A stretch of 64,000 bases of DNA from the human T2T-CHM13v2.0 reference genome, Homo sapiens. The notes below the pieces were generated by a model. The model had not been told where the DNA came from. It worked only from the letters and a program-made list of their open reading frames with translations, and did no database searches. The stretch is from assembly GCF_009914755.1 (NCBI RefSeq), contig NC_060927.1; one strand, 5' to 3'. This document shows, piece by piece, positions 53,191 through 64,000 of this stretch; position 1 is the stretch's first letter; every line of letters begins with the position of its first letter. The translations under genes and the position numbers were made by a program.

Positions 53191-54144
53191 TTATTTGATA
53201 TAATATGAGCTAAGACCTCCAAAATTAAGAATGTCTGATGTACACAAAGGCCTTAAAATTGCCCCAAAGAAGCATGTGGGAGTGTTCAAAGAACAAGATA
53301 CATAAAAACATTCAAGATTTTAATTTTAGCACAACATTTTAAACCACGGGTTACTTTGAAATCCTTTTTATCTTTAGTCGACACTGTTTTTCATATCTTG
53401 CTCCCCTTTGATTAGAGACACTCATTTGTCATTCTGAAAGAAATGAATATTCTTTTCTTCTTTGTTTTATGATAGGATAATACTGTCTACTCTGATAACT
53501 CCAAAGGTTTGTATTTGACCGTAGATATTAAAGTGCATAGTGAAACTTTAAATGTGATAGAAAGCAAGATAATCATTACTTCATGAAACAATCTTTCTAT
53601 TTTGTGACCTTTTAGATAGTTGATACTTAATATTCAAAATTATAGGCATAAATTATCTTCCCCCTGGAATTTACTAGCACACCATATGAAAGCCATCAAA
53701 CAGAAATTTGGCCTGTGAACTAGTGACTCAATACTACTTCTCCAGGGTGAATTTCTTCAGTGGGAAAATTCAATACCTGCCTGTTGAATAAGGAAGGAAT
53801 ATATAATATATTAGGATTAGAGGAGAATCAATGTGATCATGTTGCCCAAATGTCCGATTTATTATTTGTCAAAGAGTATTACACAGAACATACGGTCTGC
53901 AAAATTCATTGTTTTGAAATGGCTTTATTATGGAAAATGAAACCTTTTCTGTTTTGTTGCCTTAACTCTCTGGCCAAAGCCTACTTTATTGTGGAACTCC
54001 ATGTAATTTATTAGAATTAGTAGAATATGTTTTATGCACTTTTGGCTCCATTTCTTTCTTGAAAATTTTTAGTGTCAGCAAGGTGGAGTCAGAAACAATT
54101 GTATTAATTAATATGAAATATAAAGCTGTGGGCTGCAGTAGATA

Positions 54145-54270
54145 CATTTTTCTTACATTCCCATAATCTTTCCTCCCCCTTTCCTTCCCAAAAGTCTCTG
54201 CAATCTGCATTTTGATTACATTCCCATAATCTTTCCTCCCTTTATCCTTTCCAGAAATCTCTGTAATCTG
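54145..54270. repeat. 63-bp diverged tandem duplication
   Basis: TTACATTCCCATAATCTTTCCTCCC at 54153 and 54216, each followed by ...TCTCTG.AATCTG. Confidence 0.9.
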
Positions 54271-54338
54271 ATTTACGTTGGGTCCTGATGTGTTGGGGAA
54301 GCTGATACTGCTCCTGGCTGCAGAGTGGCATACCTGGC

Positions 54339-54822
54339 TGTGGCAGGCAGCCTTTAAGATAGCCCTCAATGATGTCTGTCCTCTTTTGGTATTCATACAC
54401 TGTACAGTTTGATCCCACATCCTGGGATAGCCCTGTGTGATCAATAGAATTCAGCAGAATTGATGATCTGTTACTTCTGAGATTAGGTTATCAGAAGACT
54501 GTGGCTTTCATCTTGAAAGCACACTCTGTCCCTCTGAACACTCTGTGGGAAGCCTATGAAGGGGCTCAAATGACAGGGATCTGATGATCAGACAATAACT
54601 GGTGAGGCACAGAGGTCCGCCAACAATGATGGAGTAGAATCAATTCTTTCCCCCATTGTGCCTTCAGATGAGACTATAGCCTTAGCCAACAGCTTGAGAT
54701 CCTGAGTCAGAACCACACAACTAACATGATCCATAGAAAGAAATGATCCATAGAAATGTTTGTTGTTTTAAACTGCTAAGTTTTGGGGGTAATTTGTTAC
54801 ACAGTAGTAGATGTCTAATACA
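54339..54822 (+). mobile_element. MLT1 (E/F/G-like) solo LTR
   Basis: TGTGGCAGGCAGCCTTTAAGAT...GTTGTTTTAAACTGCTAAGTTTTGGGGGTAATTTGTTACACAG...CTAATACA. Confidence 0.8.
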
Positions 54823-56928
54823 GTGATTTTGACTAAACCAATCAGTGTGTTTCATTCTTCTTGAAACAGTGATAGGAATAAAAGTGGACAAGTGACTTAA
54901 GTTCGTCAATTCAGAATGACTTTCAGGGTTTTGAAGGAAATTCTTGTACATGGATATTCTCCTATTTCCTGGATGGTTAAATGTGTGTATGAGGAGGCCA
55001 GAGTCATTCTGTCAGGACAAGGAAAACCAGCATGAAGACAAAGCTGTCATTCTGAAGAGGGTAGAGCATAAATAATTGGTTACAAATGCTTACAATTCCA
55101 CCTTTCCTCTGTATTTTTTCCCTTTTCTAAGCTAGCCAAACCCTTTTATTGTTTAGACTTGCTTGATTTTGATTTTCTGTTGCTTGCTACTAAAGGCCAT
55201 CCCAGTGTATACATAGGTAGAGGCCCTGCCTTTAAATGTTAACAAGCATCTTAGTTTATAATGTGTTATTAGACCAAAAATGATAGTCTTGTAAAACATC
55301 TTTCAGCCTCTGATCTCAAACAGGTAGTCATAGATCTTAACCTGATTAGCCCTCCTTTCCATTGTTCTGGGTTATGCAGTCTTGTGTCATGCTCCTTGAA
55401 AGACAGATTTTTTTTTCAACATATCACTGTTATTCAACTTATTTAGGTCACTACTAACTATTAAATCCTGCTGCCATATGCAAGTCTAATTTAGACCCCT
55501 TACTCAGAAAGTCACTGCCTCCAAGGAGACAGAATAAAGCAAGGTAACTTTCACTGGCCCATTGTACCCAGCCATGTCTTTTCTTTCCTCTGTAATGATT
55601 ACCATTAAGGTTCCAGTTCTAGCATATCTTTTAACTGATTCATAAAGCTATTGTAGAGCTCAGATGAAATTGTTTATTGATCTGGTTTAGAGAAGCTGCT
55701 CATAAGAGAACATGCAGTGAGAAATTGCTATAATTTGATTACCATGTCATTTTTATTACACAACAAATATTCATTATAGAATAGAAAATCTAGATAAGCA
55801 AACCACTCCACCAATGAAAATAATCTGAAATGTCTCCATAAATTTGATGTACATTATCCTAGTCTTTTTCTAATAGAAATTGTATGTATATCTTAGAAAA
55901 ATGAATCTTTACTAGTATTAGTTTTATATCATTTAAAAGTGTGTTATGAACATCGTTCTATGTCAACAAACATAAATATGTTTATTTGTTTATTGAGTCT
56001 TTTGTCCTTATAATCACTTTCTCATATACTTCTTTGTACTTATCTTTAGGGAAAACAGTGACTCAAGTTAATGATCATAAACAAAATCTTACGAAAGAAT
56101 GGCTGAAAAACTGACTAAACCAGCCCTGGCTCTGTTTAGACTTGTTTGTTGCAGGGAGGAACTAAATATTATTTTCCCTTGCTTGAGTAAAAGGTCTGAG
56201 TAGATGAAACCTGTGATGTTTTCACAAACTGAGAATTGGCAAAAAGCCTTAATGCGAATTTTGTATTCCGAGAAAGGCTGAGACATACAGAGGACATTTG
56301 TTTTTACCCTAAATAGCTGACATTCTTTTATATGATAGGTATGACAACGTAGTAGAAAGGCAAGAGCACTAAATGGGCCATTAGGAAACCTGGGCTCTGA
56401 AACTGGAATTGTCACTAGCATTTCTGGAACGTCGAAAGGGTCTCTTTCCTTTTAAGAAATATCTTAGAAGCATTCTAGCTCTGCTATTTTAAGTCTCTAA
56501 GATTGGATTGAAAGATGTGGTGAATCATTAGGTGTAGGTTTTGCTTCTTCAGCTATTTCCATATAATCCTGAAAGTTATGCCATTCTCTAAAAGAAAGAC
56601 AGTAAAGTAAATATTTCCTCAATTTATGTTGTATCTTTAGCTACCTACTTTATGAGCATACTCATTAACTTAAACTTAGTATTTTCCAAACAAATTTTAG
56701 TGAATGATTTGAGTGTCATACATCTTGGTTATCATCACTACCAAGTTAGTATCACTCATTACGGCTTGGTTGTAAAAATTTAGAGTTTCTAAATGTGGCC
56801 ATGCTTGTTGTGCATAACTTACCTGCAGGGGTGTAATTCACATGGCTATGATCTGAATGATGAGCTAAACCTACGTCATGTGCAACCTGCAAAAAAAGTG
56901 TTTTGATTTTAAGTGCACTCATGACAGT

Positions 56929-57565
56929 TGTGATGGTTAATACTGAGTGTCAACTTGACTGGATTGAAGGATGCAAAGTATTGATTCCTGGTGTGTCTGT
57001 GAGGGTGCTGTTAAAGGAGATTAACATTTGAGTCAGTGGGCTGGGGAAGGTAGACCCACCCTTAATTTGGGTGGGCACCATCTAATCAGCTGCCAGTGTG
57101 GCCAGAATATAAAGCAGGCAGAAAAATATGAAAAGGCTAGACTGACTTATTCTCCCAGCCTACATCTTTCTCCTGTGCTAGATGATTCCTGCCCTCAAAC
57201 ATCGGACTCCAAGTTCTTGAGTTTTGGGACTCAGACTGGCTTTCTTGCTCCTCAGCTTGCAGATGAACTACTGTGGGATCTTGTGATCATGTGAGTTAAT
57301 ACCTTTATATATATATATATAAAAAATATATATGCATATATAAATTTATATAAACAAATATAAATGTATAAATATATATAGGGTATAATATATATATATT
57401 TATCCTATTAGTTCTGTCCCTCTATGGACTATCCTATTAGTTCTGTTCCTTGCAGATGGCCTATTGTTGGATCTTGTAATCATGTGAGTTAATACATATA
57501 TATAGTATAATATATACATATTTAATCTATTAGTTCTGTCCCTTTAGAGAAACCTGACTAATACA
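56929..57565 (+). mobile_element. MLT2A (HERVL) solo LTR with internal duplication of its 3' part
   Basis: TGTGATGGTTAATACTGAGTGTCAACTTGA.TGGATTGAAGGATGCAAAGTATTG...GAGAAACCTGACTAATACA; 5-bp TSD ACAGT at 56924-56928 and 57566-57570. Confidence 0.9.
57182..57290 (+). ncRNA. Candidate exonised MLT2A-derived non-coding exon (long CLDN16 leader)
   Basis: Polypyrimidine tract TCTTTCTCCTGTGCTAG|ATG and donor CAT|GTGAGT at 57291; 109 nt. Confidence 0.55.
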
Positions 57566-58645
57566 ACAGTTAAACATCTCATATAGGCAAGTAGATAGAT
57601 ATACATGAGTCATACATATGTGAGGGTTATGCTTGCTCATGATAATTTCTTTTTAGTTTCTCTGACTTTCCTGCTGTCTCACGCTTCCAAACCCTACACT
57701 TCATAGGTTCACTGCCATGCCAGGATATGGGAACAAGTGCATCTCTATTAAGAAGGAACTTAATAAGTCATAGACCAATAGTCCAGGCAGAAGGAATCAG
57801 GTCAGACTCTGATGTTCTCAATTTTCCCACTAATGCCTGCTCTTGAAATTACATTCCCAGCCTGTTCCTTGGTACCCAAATTATTTGCTGGTTTCCTTCA
57901 AAAAAAAGTCAGTTCTATGAAGTAGTGATTTTTGTCTATTTATTCACTGATATAATCCCAGGCTGGAGGAAAGCCTTGAATTAGGAGGTGATCCATAAAT
58001 ATTTGTTGAAGCAGTTCATTAATAAATATTCTGTCCAATTCAACTGGCAGCTGGTAATTTGCTCATTCCTGAACCCTAGTTCCAAGTCAGATGCTCAGTC
58101 TGCCAAAATTTCTGCCATTTTCCTTGGTTATGTAAATTGAGAGACACCAGATTCCCTGACACTGAAGCCCACATATCTGCTGTCCCAGGTCACCGAACAT
58201 CTACCTGGCTGGGCTGTTGACTGCCCTTGGCCACCATAAGTTTTTGCGTCTGTGCTCTCTTTCTTGAGCTGTTTGCCCTCACATATAAGGGTGTCTTAGT
58301 CTGGCTCTGAGCACCTGCTCCAGTGTAAGATGTGTTTTATCTCAGGTCCCATGCCCTGTCTCACAGTCTTTCTCACTCCCCACTTAGGTCACATCCCAGC
58401 AGGATTAGCTATACTTGAGGCCGGCTAAGGATGAGTCTTGTATTTGGACAGCATTTGGAAATTATTTTTTTCAACCCAAGACTTGGAAAGCTTTGCAAAC
58501 AGAGGGAGACACCACTGTCAGCCTCATTACCAACACTTTCAGGATAGACACCCAGCTCCTTCACATCCCTGAGAGTGGGGAAATTTACTGATGTTCTCTG
58601 AACTCCACTTTCCTCACAAACAAACCAAAATTAGAGCTAGTATTG

Positions 58646-58965
58646 AGCCTGGCACAGTGGAGCCTACCTGTTTACCCAGATACTCAAGAGGCTGATGCTG
58701 TAGTATCACTTGAGGCCAGGAGTTTGAGACAAGGCTGGGAAACATGTTGAGACCCCCTTCCCCCCCAAAATAAAAATAATTTAGTTGGGCTTGTCGCACA
58801 CACCTGTAGTTCCAGCTACTTTGGAGGCTGAGGTGGGAGGATCAATTGAGCCTAAGAGTTTGAGGCTGCAGTGAGCTGTGAATGTCCTACTACCCTCCAG
58901 CCTTGGTGAAAGAGCAAGACTAGGCCTCTAACTAAAAATAAATACATAAATGAGTTAAACAAAAA
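58646..58965 (+). mobile_element. AluJ
   Basis: Diverged dimer with J diagnostics (GGGAGGATCAATTGAGCCTAAGAGTTTGAGGCTGCAGTGAGCTGTG); TSD GAGCTAGTATT at 58634-58644 and 58967-58977. Confidence 0.9.
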
Positions 58966-60554
58966 TGAGCTAGTATTTGTGAACCTGTGTAATGTGGCCC
59001 TTGGTCCCTAGCAATTTCATTCAAATTAGCTTTCCTTCAATCCTCTCCTTAAAGGAAAACATAAAAGCAGTCATTTGTCAAAGGCCTTCTTTAAGTATCA
59101 AGGTCTTCCCAATACGAGGGGCTTGTACCTGTATCTGATCTGCTTTTGTGAGCCTGCATCTTTAGCTCCATGGAGCCCAGTTCCTGTTTCCTGACTATTG
59201 ACCCCAGCCATTTAACCCCTCATCTTTTTCTTCCTTCTAGCATTTCTGCCTGTGTCGGAATCCTTACTGTACATGCTGATAATCTGCCTGACTCTTCAAA
59301 GGGCAGCCCCTTTGTTTGTTCTGCCTTCCAGTCCCTGACATAGCCTACCTGCTCTGTCTCTCAGGTGTTCTTTATCTGACATTTGTAGCATTTAGGAAAT
59401 CCAATTTAGTATAAGAATTTTAACAGCTGAGAAGTCCCTTCCCTTTCTCCTTATACTTTGAAAATGAGGCTCAAGGCAGTGATATGATTTTTCTAATAAA
59501 ATAAATATCTGTTTCAGCAGGGGTTGAAGCCAGGGTTTCTAGAGGCTTAGTCCATTGACTCACCCAATCTGCTCCTTGTCCCTCACTCATCCTCAGGGAG
59601 TCACTGGGCCTATTAGCCAGCAAATTCTTACTTTACACCTACGACCACAGCAGCATTTTATGAACAGTTTCATTAATCATACAAGCTAAGAACATATAAT
59701 TTTATGAGTAACTCATTTAGAACAAATACATTTGTTCTCTGATTCTCAATCTTCTTGAAAAGCTGCAAAGAAATTTTGACTTAATGCTTTTTTAACATAA
59801 AGGCTGTAAGAAAGACTATTCTTTACTAAACTTGTTAAGTATAGTTTGAGTGGTTAGGCCTCAAATATAGTTATAATGCATTGCATTTAACTAATTTATA
59901 TTGCCTTAAATAATGCTGTTGTGCATTATTTAAGATAAGATTATTTAATCTATCAAGACAGGTTGTGAGCTCTTAGAGAACAGGTGTCAGTCATCACTGA
60001 TTATCCAATAGCTAGTCCAGCGCTCAGGACGCATTTTTATTGCATGAAGAAATTCTTCAGAGCTAGTCAATGATGTAGGAAATATAGATGATAGTGGTAT
60101 ATATTTTAAATTGCCTATAATGTGCCCATATTAAAAAAAAAAAGAAAACAGATCAGTATTGTTTTGGTGGTCTGGCAAGAGACCTGAGAGATCCTTATAC
60201 ATTTCCCTTGCAAGTAAAAGACTCATCTTACTTGTTAGGAAACTTCTGAATTCCCCTTTTTCTCCATTTGGATGGAAGAAACTTCTCAGTGGCTGAAGTT
60301 TAGCCCCAAATGCTTATATTTTCTTCTGAATGATAAAAAAAAATGAGGAGGAATTTTAAGCAGCAAAATTTTAGCTCGTTGGGTTTTATGTCATATAAAC
60401 ATAGAACTCAGTCATAGAAAGGTTTTGGAGAGATCAAAATGCAAGTAAAAATCTCCAGATTCCAAGAATCCAGAATAGTCTACCATATGAGTAATGGAAT
60501 CATCAATCTGTGGAGTCATTGGTTTTCTCTATTTTCCTTCCAGCCCTGAAAAAC

Positions 60555-60556
<2 letters not shown>

Positions 60557-60588
<32 letters not shown>
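60557..60588. repeat. (TG)16 microsatellite
   Basis: Pure TG run about 215 bp upstream of the candidate exon at 60803. Confidence 0.95.
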
Positions 60589-60589
<1 letters not shown>

Positions 60590-60802
60590 TTTTCCCTGAA
60601 GCAGAGTCAGAGACCCTTAATTTGCACAGGGCCAAATGTGTAAGTTATCAACAAGTTCCATGAATTGCTTTTGACCAGAAAAAGTTTACAAAGGATGCCA
60701 AAGTTCATAAAAGATGCCATTTAAGGGAGTGGCAAGCTAAGTGTTTGCTTCCCTTTCCTGCCCTAACACCCTTATAACAATCCATTCTTTATCACTCTGC
60801 AG

Positions 60803-60878
60803 GACTGAACTCGTTGTTGGCCACCTGTTTGGAAAACCATTCTCTTGTGGTTGGATCTAACACATACAGCATGTGAAG
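60803..60878 (+). ncRNA. Candidate non-coding exon (long CLDN16 leader)
   Basis: Branch point CCCTAAC (60761-60767), acceptor TTCTTTATCACTCTGCAG|GAC, donor AAG|GTCAGC at 60879; 76 nt; not recognised as a repeat. Confidence 0.55.
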
Positions 60879-63772
60879 GTCAGCATGTTAAGTTTTCAGT
60901 TTTTTCCCACATCTAGACATTAGCTTTCTAGATAGATCCAGGCATATCATTTATCAATCTTACTTCTTCAGTTTTCCATCATTTATTTTCAAAAAGAACA
61001 ACAACACTTGTTAGTTAAAATAAACAAAAAAGAAAGTTTGTTTTTAAAAAGACCAAGGCTACTAAACCTAAAACAATATTTCAAAAATTCTACATGTATT
61101 GTGTGCCGATTTTTATTACTATTTTTGGTCTAGTTTTAAGTATTACTAATGAGAATATAAGCAGAGAGTAAATAGGACTTGATATCTTAAAAATAAAGGT
61201 AGAGAATAGGGAACAGTTAAATAAGTTTACATGGCATTAGATTTACAAGTATCTTGGATTTATATCTATACTATATTTCCTTATAAAAAGAGGCATATAC
61301 TTATAAAACTTTTAAAGGTACCTTGTGTGTTATTGCAAGGAATTATCTTTTTATTTGTCTATCTCCTGCACTTCATCCCTCATTTTTATTTATTCAGAAG
61401 GGATGTTTAAACTCCTGTTGGTGAGATGCACTTTAGGAGAAGTGATAAGATAACCCTACTTTTTTCTTTCATATATAATTCCTTAAGGTCAAAGAAATAA
61501 TCTTTGTTTAATAACTTACTGACAGCATTTTTGCAAATGTTAACTGACCAAGGGGATTTAGGCTGTTTCATTTTGTTTTCCAACTTGGTATTTAATTTTG
61601 CTTCAGCCTCTAGGCTCTTTGGAATGCCAAGGCTGCAAGTGTAGAATGGCTACAGATCTAGAGAAAGCTATTGGCCATTGCAGGAACTCAGATGAAAAAA
61701 GATCACATGCTGGAATTAAGAGGAAGTACCTCATGCATGACTATGGGTCATGCAGGAAGAAACCAATTTGTTTTATGGTTGATCCTAGTTCCAGTTGAGA
61801 GATTTAGACATTGCTACACAAAGCAGATAGCAGGGGGTTAAAAAACAGGTTGTTATGGTACTACTTGAAATTTTAGATGTAAGTAAAACCAGATATTCAT
61901 TAATGCATTTGCTTGTTCTTCACTTATCTCTTTATTAAACATTTACTGTTGATCCCAGTTTGTTTCCTTTGAGTCTCCCCTCTATCCAGCGAGGTTTTTG
62001 TGGGTTAATGCAAAATGAGTGCCTCACAGGTTTTCCATTTTTAGAAGATTCGGCTTCTCCAACTAAATTGTTACTTTCCTCTGGTCATCTTCTTTCACTG
62101 ATTCTTGTTCATCTCTTCACCCTTGCCTCTCAGTTAAACATTCACACCCCTCCCCCCACAAAAAACACCCTGATTTGTCACCTGGCTTCAAACGTATGTC
62201 TCTGCTGTGCCAGTATCTTGATCTCAGATCACTTCTGGCAGAATAATTCCAGTAACCCCCTCCATTCTTGCCAAGCAGCACAATTATTCTCTTGTACTTT
62301 TTGTTTGGTTTAGTGGCAGGTACTACTAGGTATAGCTTGGAACTGAAAGAACAATAGGGTTGGATGTTTGAGGCACAATTCTCAAAGGAATCCACATCAT
62401 TGACTTCAGAATATGTTGTGCTGAAACTATCAATTACAGATTTATTATTAAGAATCCTGTACCAATTTGAGCACATAAGACTTTCCCCAGCATTTGTGCA
62501 GGAGAACCACATTTCTGAGGAGTATTAAATGGTCATAAGGATTGTATTCTGAGAATATTAATGATATGAAAGATTAGAAAATTAAAGAAATATAAAATTT
62601 TGATAATTCAACAACAGAAATGAAAGGTATGTTGATGATTACTGAAGAAGTCACAAAATTGAAAAAAAAATCTTAGTCTCCGACCTTCAGGAGCTGAGAA
62701 CTTGGTGGGAGAGATGCACAAACACATAAATATAAGTAAAACTATAAAGTGTTATGAGAGAAAAATCAACAAAAGCATCTTCCATAGGAATATACAGCAA
62801 GGAGAGAGTAATTTTAACCAAAAGAGTCTGAAAAAGTTACGGGAATATAAAGGGGTGTACATGGTCATGTTGTAGGCAGAGGAAACAATTTGAGTAAATA
62901 AGCTAATGATTTGCAAACCGAATGTATTCGTTTAGGTATCCAAACTTAATCACTGATCTAATGCTGCCATGAGAGAAATGTAAGGCATTTCTCTGCCCAT
63001 AAAGAATTCCCATCCTGGTATGGAGAAGAGACACAGAGAATTACAGTTTGATAAGTGATGTAACAGGAAGAGGTAGACTCAGAGAAGTTATCTCAGGCAG
63101 TTCTTTCTCAGAATCTCCTGGTAATTCAATTTTAAGAAATGGCAATGCCTGTAAATCACTATTTATCTGGGCATCTGATGTTTAATAGCAATTCCCAGGT
63201 GACTCTGGTGATCAAACAGGCTTTAGAATCAACTAACTATCGGATGATGAAACCTGAGTCTAGACAGAGGCAGAGAAGCTAGTTAAGTGCTGAAGGAGTG
63301 AGGAAAGGAGAAGGACAGAAATCTTCCAGGCAACGGGAAGAGCCTTTTCTGGATGCCAGAGAAAATGTTACTGGGTTCAAAGGAACTGTATGCATTTCAG
63401 AACAGCAAGAAAACAGGGTACATATTAGGGATGCATAAGAAGTGAATCTAGAGAGGAAAAGAAGAACCAGCTTGGGAAAGATCTGCATATTGTGCTGCAT
63501 ACTTTGCAGTTTTTTCTGCTATTGATGAGAATCTTTAAAAAGATAGGAATGTGGTAAAGGAAGCACCAAGCAAATGCTGCTGCTAATGCATTTGATATCC
63601 AAATAACTTTTTTTTTCACTTCTGTTTAAGTTATTGGGTTGAAACATTTTACTAAAAATGGAGGTCACATGGTCATCATCCTTCTATCATAAGAGTTTGT
63701 ACTCTTGGGTTCCATTTGGGTCTCCGTTAGTTTCATCTCTGCAAATAAGTTTAGTTGAGCTTTGTCCCTGGT

Positions 63773-63800
63773 AAAACAAAACAAAACAAAGCAAAACAAC
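63773..63800. repeat. (AAAAC)n pentanucleotide repeat
   Basis: AAAACAAAACAAAACAAAGCAAAACAAC. Confidence 0.85.
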
Positions 63801-64000
63801 TCTGTATTTTGAGATTCTCTGTTTAAAGTCTCCTTAGATGTGAAAATAAGTAACAGTTACTGGTTTGTATTCAATGTATGTTATTAATCACTATGAAAAG
63901 CTCTAAAATCTCTGTTTTCTGATTAGTGATCTTTGGTTGCCAAAAAATTCCAGTGAATTATAGTTCTTTAAGCCCTTGCTAAGAGCAAGATGTGTGTGTA

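Noticed and set aside
53986-54444. 152-aa minus-strand ORF with repeated GRKDYGNV
   Set aside because: The peptide repeat comes from the 63-bp DNA duplication, the ORF begins inside an MLT1 LTR, and it shows no other coding evidence.
60900-64000. Search for CLDN16 coding exon 1
   Set aside because: No claudin-like translation in any listed frame; the coding exons must lie beyond the window.

Overview
Primate genomic DNA, almost certainly human chr3q28. The only protein-coding sequence is exon 1 of CLDN1 (claudin-1, minus strand; CDS 8494->8272, 223 nt, phase-1 GTGAGT donor) inside a CpG island. Bases 1-8271 are CLDN1 intron 1. Bases ~8760-64000 are repeat-rich sequence upstream of CLDN1, towards the neighbouring plus-strand gene CLDN16, whose coding exons are not in the window. 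Repeats include Alus with target-site duplications (TSDs), an L1MA interrupted by a THE1 element, two decayed ERVL proviruses in opposite orientations, LTR8/MER50, MST, MLT1 and MLT2 LTRs, MER8/MER94/MER3 DNA transposons, MIR/L2 fragments and microsatellites. The most interesting signal is a chain of plus-strand candidate non-coding exons with GT/AG splice signals: 1181-1347 (antisense within CLDN1 intron 1), ~8829-8949 (divergent from the CLDN1 promoter), 57182-57290 (exonised MLT2A LTR) and 60803-60878. These fit long, uORF-rich 5' leaders of CLDN16 that would couple the two claudin genes. Other items: an AP-1/E-box intronic enhancer candidate, a closely spaced inverted Alu pair, a ~64-bp near-perfect palindrome, young tandem duplications and nested transposons. 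Repeat subfamily names and the boundaries of old repeats were assigned by eye and are approximate. No prokaryote-type systems such as CRISPR are present.
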